Positions 34,134 through 47,413 of a stretch of 47,800 bases of DNA are shown one piece after another. How positions within the stretch are numbered: the first letter of the stretch is position 1; each line of letters starts with the position of its first letter. The stretch is from Catajapyx aquilonaris (lineage: Eukaryota): the NCBI GenBank assembly GCA_000934665.2, contig KZ538781.1, forward strand, positions 1-47,800, written 5' to 3'. Position numbers and translations under genes: made by a program. The notes below the pieces were generated by a model. It saw only the letters and a list, made by a program, of their open reading frames with translations. It was not told the origin of the DNA and ran no database searches.

Positions 34134-36100
34134 TGACCTGTTTATTTGATGTATAATTTGATGATGGAAATGCAGGGGGACCTGCAAGAATCCAATAAGC
34201 ACAACCCCATCCACCATATCTTTTGCAGTCTCTGTTGCATCCCCAGATGGCTCATTGATTCATTCACCCTTCAGTAGATAATGACAATCAATTATATTCT
34301 AAACTAATATTGTCCCATGACATCAATTTTGGGTTTGATGTGTTGACGAAGTTTGGGTAAAGCTCTCAATGCGGAAAGTTGGTCAACACCAGCCATTTTT
34401 TCATCAGGGACAAAATTTCTCTGCTGCTTTTTTTTCCCATTTTTGTAATTAAACATTTGTATATTTTAAATTCAGAGCAAAGGAAAAGTACCACACAGAA
34501 TCAACCCAATTTTTGTAGGGCAAAACTCGGGAATCACTGCAAGGCAGCTGCACAATGTAGATGCCATGGTTCTTAATACACTTGAAAGGCATGTTTTTCA
34601 CTCACTACAAACACTTAAAATCGCATGTAACTGCCGAACCAAGGCGCATTCAAATATAGTTCATAAGACTTTTTCTATTGTATGAACATTCCCGGTAGAG
34701 TAAGGCAGATTTCAAGCAAGGTGGGATCAACTACCTGCTGACATTCCCTCATCAGTTTTATCAAGTGTGCAGGATGAGATAAAGCTTTTGCTCATGACAA
34801 ATATTCGTACCTACTAGAATTTTTTGTGATTATTAAGTTTTAGGTTTAAACCCCATAGATATGATGGGCTTTAATTACACATACGAATGACAATGTTGAC
34901 GGTAAAAATGAAATGAATGGTCTTTACCAGTGATTAATGCAGTGCGTTGCTGAAAAACGACAGGATCTTAGGCTGGGTGCAAACTAGGTAATCCCAGCAG
35001 GAATGGTCATCCAAGTAATCTTATTAGGAATTGTTTGGCAGGTGTCATCTATTGCCCGAGTTCTACAGTAGCAATGCTTGAATTTCTCTTGCTCGCTGTG
35101 CTTACCTAACATGGTGACACCTCAGACAGAGTGTAATTTGAAGATGGAAGAGGTTCTTACAGAAATTGACCCGAGTGAACATGATCTTACTAGAGCAATC
35201 ACCCACAATCCATCACCTAGTTTGCACCTGGCCAGAAATCGTGAATGGTTGGTTTTTAAAATGGTTAGTTAATAATTGCAAATCATAACTCACCCTACAC
35301 ATTTGAAATATAATTTGTTCAAGTTCATATACATATGAATGGGCAATTTTGTCAAGTTGGAAGAGTTTTTTTTTTAGTGAAAGACCTTCATGGGACATAT
35401 TTTCAATTTGACACAATTTCGTCGGCGCAAGTTACTCTCTAGAGGTCCTGTGCAATGTACACGGCACTTTTTTGTTTAAACATGTGTACATAATATATAT
35501 ATTATATATATAAATATAAATAATATATGAAGTACACCAACCAGTAATAATAAGTGGACACTAGAAGAATTTCCAGTCTTCTTGACAGTGGTAACATGCG
35601 TAGAGAGAGCATTAGTCGGTACTTTTTGAACCCCATAGGCTCCCTGATTGAGTCTAATTCCATTAATTTTTCTTTTATGTTCGTCCCTCTTCAGGATTGC
35701 ACTTTTTAGCTATAGGGGCAGTTGTGCTTAGAGTGTGTGTTTACTATTTTAGTCGGACATCTTGCATAAGGGCAGCTCAGATTGAAAGCTCTTTCGGAGG
35801 TCACCCAATATACCCAATCATCACAAAGGGTGTTGATACATTATTTAAGAAATGTTTACTGCAGTGTAGAATTATAAGCAAAGAAAAGCAACTGCTATGT
35901 TTTGGGTACCTGGATTCATACCTCTGGGCTTTTAATATGTGCAGTGCCTGAATAATTTTTTTGGAAAATCAAGCATATTGTCCGGCTTGCACAAAACAAA
36001 TACTGTTCGCCCCTGTATGTGTATTGAGAAGAAATAAAGTAGATGTTATAAATCTTGATAAAATAAGTTACTTGTTGAACCCTTTGCAGAGGCGCATTTA

Positions 36101-36439
36101 CTGTACTCCCGATTATCTGGGCTAATGGCTGCACAGATGTCGCCAGATAATTCGAAAACACTGATAATCGGAAAATCGTCCTAGATAACCGCAAAAATTA
36201 GCTATTCAAAGGATTTTAATGTACTACAGTACATAGTGTATGTTGCTTTAACTAAAGTTTAATCAAAATAATGAAACTTACCCCAAATTTTTAGCTTGTC
36301 TTCTAGAAAAAGTCTTATATTTCATCGTTTGTGAGACATGTTGATATTTTTTCAGATTTTTATTAGTTTAATTTTTTGGCGATGCACGGATAATAATCTG
36401 CAACATAGATAATCCTCACCCGGATGATCGGGAGTACAG
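36101..36439. mobile_element. pogo-type MITE
   Basis: CTGTACTCCCGATTATC / GATGATCGGGAGTACAG termini; gataatc subterminal repeats. Confidence 0.7.
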
Positions 36440-37722
36440 TGGAGCTGGTGGTCATAGTGGTCAGCACCGCAGCCTTCCATCTCTGAGTAACTGAGTTCGA
36501 TTTCCAGATTGGACAGATGATTTTCTCAAGTTTCTATGGGTGCTCTCCATTTTCGCATGGGTTTTCTTGGGCTTCTGTGATTAAAGCTGGGTCAATGAAG
36601 GTCCGCAATGGGCCTGTCACAGGGTGTCATACAATTACTGTTGTTGTTGTCATTGTCGCCATAATCCTTCTCACCTTTCCACAAACACTTGGGTCCTAAT
36701 GTACACTATCAAAGTCCAACCATTTTCTTCTGTTTAACCCAGATATGCCGAGTGTTCCCTATAGTGGGACACCTGCACAGTTGTTACTTATTAATTTTTT
36801 TTGCGCAGGTTCTTCTGCTGCTAAAGAGCTGGCAGTAGTCAAGTGTGCTTCAGTAGAGTCCCAGCTAACGAAACAAGTTCAAACCTGCGCAATATTGCTT
36901 CAGATTTTTAAGATACAGGTGTTTGAATTTTAACACAGGAAATAATTGCTGCATCTCCATGTTCCGAAGACGATTAGTATAATTAATTCTCGAATGTTGA
37001 TTAGCATTATGAGTTATTTATTGTTTGTAATACTTAGAAAACTTATGAATGATGATGTGGAAATGTAGGAATATTTTTTACTTTCCTTGTCTGAGAGTAG
37101 TGTTGAAATCTGGTGTCCCTTGTGGGGAACGCAAGAGCCAAATGCACACACATTTGGACAAGTAAAGTGTGTGTGTGGATTTTGTACGCTTTGTTGAACT
37201 GTATTTTAATGAATCCATACAATTAAAACGAGATTACATGGCAATTGGTTAACATGGCAACCATTGCAGCAATGCTTGATTGTTGTTGATTGTTACTCAA
37301 TTACAACCCCTTCTTTGCACGGCCTGTTTCCGTGGTAATGCAATCGACAACAATCAATCATTGGTGATATTATGAAACTATGGATATTGCTGAATGTCAC
37401 TGTCGCCATGGTAATGTAATCAACAACTGTTATAGCCACACTAGGTTACATTTTCTTGGCATCCCATAATTATAGGAACGGCCATTTTCTCGCAAACAAG
37501 CATTCAGAAAAATGTTTTATCTCGATTTTTGTATTTTGGGAACTAATATGCACAAATAGAAACAAAAAGAGTTCAAAAATTTAACTCAAACTTTTCCAGG
37601 CATATCTAGGTTAAGCAATAACACATGAGAACAGTGAAACCCGCAGACATTGCAATTATTAACAATTCATACGGAACAGGTTTCTGTTATGTGTTACAGA
37701 AATGCATTCCAAATGCAGTGCT

Positions 37723-38159
37723 CAGCGCCGGATTTACGGCAAGGCAACCTAAGCAGTTGCCTAGAGCAGCAGATTTCAAGGGGCGGCAAATTTAGGCATA
37801 CAAAAAAAAAAGTAACCGAAAAATTAATAATTACACAATTGGAAGCAGAGCCAGATTTACCATTGGGCAGAACTTAGGCAATTGCCTAGGGGCAGCCGCA
37901 AGTTGCAATAAATATTTTTCAAATAGGCTACAATAATAGGAAATAAAGGCGAAGTCATTAAAAAATTGCAGGAATTTTTGTCGGGAGGTTCCCAGCCCTG
38001 GATTTGCCACTAGGCAGAAAAGCCTAATAAGGGCGGCCATAAGTTGAAAGAGTAGAAATACAGTTTTTGTATAAATTCAAGTGAAATGAAGGAGAGAACT
38101 CGACCCATTGGGGGTGGGATCTCAACTAGGGGCGGCCGGGGGGTGTAAATCCGGCACTG
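37723..38159. mobile_element. Non-autonomous hAT element
   Basis: TIR CAGCGCCGGATTTAC / GTAAATCCGGCACTG; perfect 8-bp TSD GCAGTGCT. Confidence 0.85.
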
Positions 38160-39281
38160 GCAGTGCTGGTACCGAACAAAAGTTTTTGAATGGCCAGGTT
38201 AATTCTGCAACTAGGGGCTGTCATACACAGGTTCCAGTGCATACAGGAAGTACCCGTTTTACACCAGTAATTAGTTCCAGCAACACAGCAGTGTATTAAA
38301 GTGAATAGGTGTAAAACTAGTCAAAATTATAATGTATGATAAGTAAATGAGACAGGTTCCAAAAAATTTCCAGACAGTACAGGCCTGCAAACTGCTCACT
38401 TTTCACACAGTTTCTCACTTTTTTGAAGTCACTTTTCTCACTTTTCTCACTGTTGAGTGATTCTGATTATTATCATTACAGGTAAGTCCAGGAGAGTTCA
38501 GTGAAATTTTTTCCAGAATGTCACCCAGCATTTTTTGATTTGTCTGAAATGAGTACAGTGTAACAGGAAACCATTATGTACAGCCCCAAGCATAAAGTTG
38601 GAGATGCTGCGAGCCTTCTCTGACCTTTCTTTATAAGACTCAAATTAATGGACTCTTTTTGGGCTGAGTTACCTGCTTTAGGCGTGTGTTTGCGTATTTA
38701 TTACAGTATATTTGATATCATAATGGTGGGGACTGGCAGAGCCCCCTGCCTGACATCTTCAACTTTATGCTCGGCGCTGTACATTTTCCTGAAAGATTTG
38801 GAGGGTTTTAAAAATTTTATTTTGAGAAAAAAGCTCAAGAACAGAAGACATGTACTGCACAGTGCATGGAATACCACATTTTCTTAAATTTGACATAATA
38901 TCCATCTCATATGACAGCAGCTACAAGTTTCATATTTAGTACAGTAATTTACCCAAGTTTAATGGGAAGTTCCAGGTTGAGGATCATCGGGTTCTGAGGG
39001 GTTCCTTTCCCTTCTTTGGCAAGAACTGCAGTGCACGTTGGGTACTGTAACATCAGGTACAGTACTTCCGGGAGTGCAGAAACCAACAAGACATTATTGT
39101 ATACAGGGTGTGTAGTGTTTTGGAGGTTGCCATGGGAGCATGTTGCTGGGGACAATCTATACTGTTGAATGATATTACATAATCAGTTGTTCTGTGCCAT
39201 TCGAATGGAGTAGACGTGTTTGTGGGGCAGGCGTACCATTTTCCCTGACAACTGTTCCCGTCCCCTGCTCGGGGGTTACTA

Positions 39282-39608
39282 CAGGTGTATAAAAATTATA
39301 ACTTGGGACAAACTGACAGGGTTGTGTAGGGGCTGCCTAGGGAAGGAATTTGAGATGGGACACCCATAGTCGGAGCCCCCAAGGCCCCTTAACACCCCTA
39401 TAGTGTATTGTTGTGTTTTCCATTGTTCTCGTTGTTCAGTTGTTATAAACAATTTAGTTCAATAATTGAACAATAATTGGTTTTTGAAGGCCCTGTAGCG
39501 GCATTGGGATTGGTTTCTGACCATGGGTGCCCTATCTCAAATATTGCTTCCCTATAGGCAGCCTCTACACACCCTAGAAGTCTGTCCCAAATTACAATAT
39601 ACACCCTG
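39282..39608. mobile_element. Tc1/mariner-type long-arm MITE
   Basis: ttgggaca...tgtaggggctgccta is mirrored by taggcagcctctaca...tgtcccaa; ends in CACCCTG. Confidence 0.7.
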
Positions 39609-39803
39609 CCACAGTTCACCACGAAAAAATAAGCACCTCTATTGCAGTGTGTTTGGACTAAGACGTGTTGCAGCTATGTGCTTATGACTGTGTAGATTGT
39701 TCTGTTATTTTCAAAATTTTCAAATTTTCAAATTTCAAATACTGGTACTGTACATATAATATTAATGTGAAATGGAGTAAAATGAAGTGGCATAAAACAG
39801 GTA

Positions 39804-40417
39804 CAGTAAAACTTTAATAAGTCGAATCTCCATGGGACCGGGGAAAAACTTCCAAGTTATAGAAGATTAGAGTTAGAGAAGTTCGGAATTTTTAAAGCAC
39901 AGAACTCTATAAGGAAGCCTACATTTATACATATTCAGCGACGAAAGGTGTTCAAAACTTAAAAGTAACTGTCACTATATCACACTACAATGTTCCTCAT
40001 TGTTTTGTTGTAAAAAAAAAAAAAAACTCCGTAATATGGACATTTTCCTGCTCTTAATCTTATCTTAATAAAGGATTCAATAGTCAGAATCTAGTCAAAC
40101 ATTTCTTTCGGTAGACGGAGATCAGGAAAGAGCCTTTCTGTATACATGTGGCCTATTCTCGACCCTTCGGCTGGGAAATAAGAAAAGTTTCCGTACTCGC
40201 CAACATGAACTTCGACTTAGGGAGACTGAAAATGCATTGATATCCCATCGTAAGGCCCTGCCTGCACTTCGAGTTATGGAGAATTTCGAGTTATAGAAAT
40301 TCGAGTTAGGGAAGTTTATTTCCTATTATTTTACATTGTGACCAACCAAGCTCATCATTTTCTTCGACTTATAGAGAACTTCGACTTGGGGAAGTTCGAC
40401 TTATAGAAGTTTTACTG
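39804..40417. mobile_element. pogo/Tigger-type MITE
   Basis: TA|CAGTAAAACTT...AAGTTTTACTG|TA; repeated ttcgacttat/ttcgagttat motifs. Confidence 0.85.
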
Positions 40418-40666
40418 TACTTCCTGTATACAACCCATTTAGCATGAACAATGAAGTTACCATTACTGGTTGTGCCAGTTTTTTTGCAAATATTTCTCAA
40501 AGGACTAGATTATATTCAAGGAATCAGATCCACACTGCTCTGCAGATTTCTGCATGTATATCTTCAGTCATCAGATTGGACACTGATTGGTAGTCAGGCA
40601 AGTGATGGGACAGGTGTTTAACCATTTTCGTGAAGAAAGGTTGATGTTACAATAAGGAGAAGCACC

Positions 40667-40912
40667 GAAGCAAGTTGGTGTGGTAGTTAAGAAACCCAAC
40701 TGCTAATCGGGAGGTCCTGGGTTCGAATCCTGGGGCCGGAAACCCCGCTGACCGTGGTTTTCCACTGTCCCCCCAGGATAATTCCAGGGTCGCTTCCGGG
40801 AAGACCACATCCGCTTCCTTCCTTCACTATCATTGGCCCCATCCAATGGTGGTACTCCAGCCCTCTAATGGAGCGCCGATTCTCCCAATGGGGTATTTAT
40901 TAATTAATTTTA
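40667..40912 (+). mobile_element. tRNA-derived SINE
   Basis: A box TGGTGTGGTAG, B box GGTTCGAATCC, non-tRNA body and AT-rich tail. Confidence 0.7.
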
Positions 40913-40917
40913 AAAAA

Positions 40918-42723
40918 TTACAATAAGGAGAAGTGCGTCTTTTCAATGCCAACAGTAAAGTTTCTTGGACATGTCTTTGGTCCGGAGGTTATAAGGGTAG
41001 ATCCTGAGAAAGTAGCAGCTGTTACTGACTTGTGAGATGCCTCCTTCAAAGGATATGGAACATTTACACCGTCTCCTAGAATTACCTGGGTAGGCTCGAG
41101 GGTAGGCTCGTACCATACATGGCGACTCTTCTTCAGCCTTTGACAGATCTCTTGAAAAAACAAGTAAGCTGGCATAGGGACAAAGCTCAACTGACTGCTT
41201 TTTATGCCTTGAAGTCATGACTGTCATAGAGTCCAGTTCTTTCACTTTCTCACCCATCTAGACAACAGTATCCGTTGACCCATCATATGGACTGGGGCTA
41301 ATGCTGTTCCAAACTGATCCAGTAGGGAAGCGCAGCATAGTAGCTATGCCTTCAGAACTTAACTATCACTGAGAGGTCTTATGCCCAGATTTAAAAGGAA
41401 GCATTGGCACTAGCATGGGCATGTGACAGATTTCGCGATTTTATTGTGGGCAGTCATGCCACCCTACATAGAAACTGACCACCAGCCATTTTGCACAATA
41501 CTAACAGTCAAGAATTTAGATGATCTCAGTCCTAGGTTACAGCGGCTGAAGATTTGCCTGAATGCGGTACAGTTATACTGTTACCTATACACCGCCAGGA
41601 CGAGACCTCCTGGTAGCAGATGCTCTTTCCTAAGATCCAATTCCAAAGTTAAGTGAAGAAGACACACTAGGTGATGAAGCTGAAGCTTTTGTTTGTGCCT
41701 TCACTGCATGTGTGCCTGCTTCAGATCAACGCTTGGCAGGAATTTGGAATGCCCAGCAAGAGGACATGGCTTGCAGTAGGCCATGAGGGTATGTTATGGA
41801 TGGATGGCCAGAGAAGAAGCAGTTAGACTCGTTTTGTCAGGAGTTCTGGCAAGTCAGAAATGACCCTATGTGTCAGAGACTGTTTCATCTTTATTCTGAA
41901 AGTGCTTCGTCAAGACATCCTGTCTCGCCTTCATCAAGGACACATGGGCATTTCTAAAATGCGTAGGAGAGCCCTTCTGTTTGGTAGCCAGGGTTATCCA
42001 CGCAAATCGAGGAAATGGTCACAAAATGTCCTATTTGCAATGAATTCCAGACTAACATGATGGAACCATTCATGCCTACAGGGATTCACACTTTAAGCCC
42101 TTTACATCAAGGTGATTATGAATGGATTGTTGACCTTCGTCGTGGTGGGGTTGTCGCCAGATCTGCAGGAACGCCAAGGTCCTACTGGATCGACACTTCC
42201 ATGGGTCCAGTGCAGAGGAACCGTAATCACCTGGTTCCTTCTCCATGCCTACAGGTGCCAGAGGAGAACAATGAGGTGACTGACCACTGACCAGTCTCCA
42301 CAGAGGCAGCAGCCTTCCTCTAATGAGCAGCCATTTGCAACTGCTGTGCCAGACAAGGGACCATATATGAAGACCTCAGGGGAAGAAAGATCAAGGTCCA
42401 CTTTTTGTCAAAAATGAGTCACATATATCTCAGAAGATACTTTCCCTATTGTAGAAGATGATGGTTTGGTCATGGTTGTGGAGTAATGATCATAGGTCAC
42501 AATGGAAGGCCCCGAAAGTGGGATTTACAATGGAACCTTATGGGCCTTCAATATTTAAAATTGGATTATCTCAGTTTCACCTCAGATGGACCTTGATCAT
42601 TTTTCTCCCGAGGTCTTCATATGCGAGGACCGGACCCGTTCTGGACAAGTGAGGCCTCCTGTCAAGATGGACCTGTGACCCCCAAAGAAGGAGGGATGTT
42701 GTATGGTCACTATGGTACTGTGG
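40918..42723 (+). mobile_element. Decayed Ty3/Gypsy (Mag-like) pol fragment with PPT and start of the 3' LTR
   Basis: RT end NKEKCVF...VKFLGH; RNase H ERSYAQI*KEALALAWACDRF, ETDHQP and VADALS; integrase Zn finger LHQGHMG...CPIC; C-terminus PRSYW...RNRNHL and TRSGQVRPPVKMDL*. PPT at 42684-42696, then TG at 42697. Multiple stops and frameshifts; integrase core missing. Confidence 0.9.
42369..42618. mobile_element. Sola-like MITE copy 3, inserted in the Gypsy remnant
   Basis: Same TIRs; TSD ATAT; reversed relative to copies 1-2. Confidence 0.85.
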
Positions 42724-43241
42724 CAGGGATATTCAACTGACGGCCCGCGGTCCGGAGCCAGACCGCAACGCAATTTTGTCCGGACCGCGACAATATGCAG
42801 GACAGTTTGAAATAGCATGATAAATTTCTAATTCATGATTTTTTGGGGAAAAAGTGCTACAAATTTCATCAAATACACACCTATTCAAATCTCCCACATC
42901 TCACCTAAGCTCGTGTGACCTAGAACCCCCCAAAAATTTCGCCTGCGGCAGGGGGCTCGTTCCCCGCCCTTTACAGCTTGTTCACCTTGTGCTTACGAAA
43001 TGGGCCCCCCTCCGAAATTCTTCTGCCTACACCCCTGTACAGGACATCATAAAGGGCGAAAATGTATTAATATCCCCTGTCTTCATAGGCCCTTCTACCC
43101 TTGCTGCACATGTTTATATTTTCGAATATGAACCCTGAGGGACCATATAAAATCCTGGGGGGGGGGGGAGGGGGTCCGGACCTTCAATGGGCAAGGAAAG
43201 GTAAATACTGGACCTTGTCAAAAACTAGTTGAATACCCCTG
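42724..43241. mobile_element. hAT (Charlie-like) non-autonomous element inserted in the Gypsy LTR
   Basis: CAGGGATATTCAACT / AGTTGAATACCCCTG; flanks tactgtgg/tactatgg. Confidence 0.75.
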
Positions 43242-43378
43242 TACTATGGTTTCCATAGTACTTGCATTGTCATTGTTGATTAAAAACATTGATGAAATTC
43301 TAAAGACTAGTTGTGTCTTTTTGCTCTCTCCTGTCCGACCCCGAACACAACCTTACTCCCACTGTATACTGTGTTTAC

Positions 43379-43854
43379 CGATACTGTCACTATAGCATGT
43401 TAGACCTGACGTTTATCAGACAATCCTATTTCAATTATAATCTCCCACTAAAGATGCAGAGACTACTAATAAATCTGCGTAACGGCTCTAGCTCAATATA
43501 TGTGAACGGCTATAAGATAAAATTTTCTGAAGAAGATTTTTGTACGCTCTGCAACTTAGAAGAATCCTTCTCGCTCCACCACCTCCTGTACAGCTGTTCT
43601 TTTTTTCCGCCATGAGACGCAAATATTTGTGTAATTTTCCATCCTTCCTTCCATATTCGATATATATGTTGTTTCGGGAAGTGCCTAAACTTAAGATATA
43701 CCAGCTGTTTATGTTTTTCTCCGAGGTCTCCTCAAAATTGTCTTTTTGTGATATCACATTGTAACCAGTTAAGTTGTATATTGCTCTGGGAATCCGCGCC
43801 ATATGGAGGCTTTTTTCCCTCCCAGGTGTGAATAAAGGTTGACTTGACTTGACT
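43379..43854 (+). mobile_element. 5'-truncated non-LTR retrotransposon
   Basis: C-terminal CTLCNLEESFSLHHLLYSC knuckle, AATAAA, (GACTT)n tail and a 16-bp direct repeat TGTATACTGTGTTTAC on both sides. Confidence 0.8.
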
Positions 43855-45207
43855 TGTATACTGTGTTTACTGACTACTACAGCACTTGGGGGGAGAAAAA
43901 TGGCGTCGTTGCATAATGTGTGGTGTAGTGGAGAGATTACATGGATCTGGATTTATCCACAATACACAATTGATGCCTATTTTGTTTTACTAATGAAACA
44001 TCGGGTTAATTATGTGTTAAATTTTTGCTTCTGATTATAAATATTTCATATGGTTAGATGAAGTAGTAATGTAAGGTCATTGACACTGCCACTTTGCAAT
44101 CTTCTGTTTTATCTATATTTCAGGAAGTTTGTATGTTTTGTTCACTAGATAGAAATCTAGGTGAATGCCACTACACTGCCTTAAACTATCACACAAGAGG
44201 TTACTTTTTAAGAGGAATTCAATGCCGCATGTTTCAGCTTCCTAAAATGAACCTAATTCACACAACCTGCATAACTCCACTCTTTTCTCCCCTCAACAAT
44301 CCCACATTTCAAGTTTCCATGGAGATGCCCTCAAGCAACAATGGCTAGCATACCAGAGGTTACTCCATTCACATCGATACATCCATTTACACCAATTTCC
44401 TGCCACCAATAATTGTATTGATATATCGCACCTTTATTTTTACAAGTCCTATGGCCATAAATTCCATGGATGCATCAACTACTCAAACCAAGGTTCAATG
44501 GCCACCTCACATGAGTTCGTATTGTATAGTTGGCCAAGGAAAAGACTGCATGGGATTTTGTGTCATTCTTAAGTAGGGCTGCCAGATGCACATGGAACCC
44601 GACATATGACATACCCACATTGAAAACAAAATTTCCCACCTCTTTACATTTCTTCAGGGCAAACATAGGGGATAAGGTGGTGAGGGGCGTGGGGGTGGAG
44701 GGGGCAGAATCTTGAAGAAAAAAAAACCTGGGTCCGTGCAGTCTTTTCCTCGGCCAACTCGATTCAATTGGCATAAATTCCACGCATGTCTTCACTTTGC
44801 TAATCAATGCTACCTCAGGTGAGGTAATGGAAAACTTTGGCTTATTATTGTTTTCAGTTACTATGCAGTGACTCATAGGGCCAGTTTTAAAGCATATTAT
44901 GGATTATATGGAATATAATTATTTCTTACCCCCTTCCTCTCTACCACCATAGCACATCACAACACACCTGGGCAATGCCAAGTTACCTGCTATGACTACT
45001 ACCAGCTCTTGCTACTACCGAAGAGGTATAGTTGCATCTGAATGTAAACCATGTGAAAGTCCTATGTACCAGAAACATAGTATACATTTTCACACCCTCC
45101 TACTTTCCAGCAGTCGAGTAATGTAGGGTATGGAATGCTATCCATCCACCTTAACTTAAAACATGTCAAGAGCTTTGGAACAAATAATCCCTTTTGTTTC
45201 ACTAAAT

Positions 45208-46411
45208 GAAGACCTCGGGGGAAGACAGATCAAGGTCTACTTTTTGTCAAAATGAGTTACATATCTCAGAAGATACTTTCACTAGTGTAGAATATGATGG
45301 TTTGGTCGTTTGGTCACTATGGAAGACCCCGAAAGTGGGATTTATAATGGAACCTTATGGGCCTTCAAAATTTAAAATTGGATGAAGGTAAAGTGGGGGA
45401 AGTGCACAATCGGGGGAAGTGCATCTCTGGTTGCTAGCTGGGGATGTGTGAAAGGTATTGCTGCGCCATGTGTCGTCCTACTAGTGAATACTATGGTCTT
45501 GTAATCTGGCACAAGAGGGCAGGTTTACCTGCCCTTTTTGTCCAGAAGCACATGCTGTTTCGCGAGTTCTGCACTGCCTACTCCTGATGTGAGATACCTG
45601 CCAGCAACATCTGAGCGAGTTTTTCCGGTAAGTTTCCATCACCCAGTGTCCCTACTACACAGTTGTGGTGGCGTTCAACAGTATTATATGTATGTACAGT
45701 ATGAGTGATGGAAGTGGGTAATCATTGAATGTGGCGGGGGGGTATGCACTTCCCCCAGGAAAATGTACGGCTGGGGCAAGTGCACCTCTGCTGCTTGGGG
45801 TAAGTGCACTCATGATGTACCACATAATAATTGAGTTCATTTTCTGTGTGAATGTTACATTTTACACTTACACTACATTTACTTTACATGTTACACTTAC
45901 TGGCACTAGCTTACTCTGAGCCTTCTGTGTTCCAAAGCAGCAAATGCCAAAATGGGGAGGACTTAATTACTTACTTACGCAGTTATACGCAATGAAGTTC
46001 GTATCTCCTGAACAAATTGAGATATCATCATTCTGTAAATGGCATGTTTTAGCTCTGATTTTGATTATGACGCACTGCCCCCATTGCAGCAGAAATATAA
46101 TTGCATGCAGGAATTGGATGGGGGGGATGCACTTACCCCGGGTGCCGGGGGAAGTGCACACCTCATGCATTGTTCCGCATGATTGTTGCTGCCTTGGAAG
46201 CACTTCGTTATGAACCATTCTCCTTCTAACAGTGTCTTAGTAATGGACAGGAGTAACTGCAGGCAAAATTTCATTCAGATACAAGGAACAGGTGGGATGC
46301 AATAGATGATTTAAAGTGATCTATTACAAAACAGGGGTGCACTTCCCCCACTTTACCTTATCTCAGTTTCATCTTAGGTGGACGTTGATCGTTTTTTCTC
46401 CCGAGGTCTTC
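45208..46411. mobile_element. Sola-like MITE copy 4, split by a 973-bp insertion
   Basis: Same TIRs; TSD AAAT; the two halves rejoin at ggat(t)a|tctcagtttc. Confidence 0.85.
45386..46358. mobile_element. DNA transposon derivative (probably pogo-like) nested in the Sola-like MITE
   Basis: TIR AGGTAAAGTGGGGGAAGTGCAC / GTGCACTTCCCCCACTTTACCT; GGGGnAAGTGCA motif repeated about 8 times. Confidence 0.8.
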
Positions 46412-46470
46412 AAATGCGAACAAAACCCACTAAGTTCTGGGGAGAATTTATTTCATAGAAATTCATAGGA

Positions 46471-47413
46471 TCAACACCAGCTGCATACAAACTTTGCAGG
46501 GCCTTCAACCTTCACAAGAATTTCGTTCCTCTTAGTCTTATGAAACTTAGATTTTTCTTTGTTCTCCCTTTCTAAGTCATGCTTCTTTAGACGCCTCGTT
46601 TCTGCGGCCTGCTTCAAACCATGAACCACTACCACTAGATTCATCTGATGGCGTCTGATTCGCTCTTCCTCACGGTAAACCCCAGGGTTTGCCTGCCCTC
46701 TGCAAGCCCTGGTCATCTGAGTTTCCCGTTCTTCCAGGATCAGCTGCATAAAGCAGGCTTCTTGTTGCATCTTATGCACCAATTCCCGCACATACGTTTC
46801 ATGCACATGCAGAAGGCTCTCCTGAAAATGTTGCTCTACGACGATCATCTCATGCTGGACGTCTAGAAGCTGGTGAATTTCAGTCAGATCCTGAGAATCT
46901 AGTGTTGAGTTCACCTCAATGACTGTCATAAGATGGCTCATCATCCTCTCCAGTTTGTATCTCTCTTTCTGCAAACAAAAGGTTTGTGAATACAAATAAA
47001 GGTGCGCAGACCAAAATTTCACACATCCCTGGAATGAGAAACCTTCAAATAATGCGTTCTACCTGCAAGCAAGATGCTGCATTCTGACATCGCCCCTTCG
47101 TCACTGCATCCTGCAGCTTTCCCAGCAGGTCTTCTGCTCTTTTTTTCATTTTCAAATCATTGTTTACAGCCTGCTGCCATAAAATATGTTGTTCCGGCGT
47201 GAAAGCCTGCTGGGCGGCCTGTAGTTCTTCCATTTTCTTTAAACGGTATGGTCGGATATCTTCGTGCCTCATTAACGCCACTTGCATGCCATCTCTCTCC
47301 TCCTTAAAAACCTTCCAGGCTAGGTATTCAATCTGTGCAATGCTCTTGCTGCACTGGCGGTAGAGTCCTTCCACTCTGTCTGCCAGTTCCATACGTGGAT
47401 CTTCCATGCTCAT
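46471..47413 (-). CDS. Uncharacterised coiled-coil-like protein, join(complement 47063-47413, 46471-46968), about 282 aa
   Basis: Two adjacent ORFs join in phase 0 across a 94-nt intron (CAG|gtagaa ... ttttgtttgcag|AAA). The ATG context is ACTACCATG with an upstream in-frame stop and an acceptor at 47470. Composition is E/Q/K/R/L-rich and helical. The true 3' end is uncertain (possible donor near 46488). Confidence 0.65.

Noticed and set aside
40667..40740. tRNA genes (also at about 6030-6100, 15310-15384 and 36443-36510)
   Set aside because: A/B boxes are present but there is no convincing acceptor stem. They continue into SINE bodies and tails, and one has a TSD.
44475..44876. 133-aa ORF as a further exon of the coiled-coil gene
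   Set aside because: No convincing acceptor in phase and non-coding-like composition.
45386..46358. CRISPR-like recurring 12-mer (also the repeats at 40260-40410 and 47615-47700)
   Set aside because: Irregular spacing, mixed orientation and eukaryotic context indicate transposon subterminal repeats; no cas genes.
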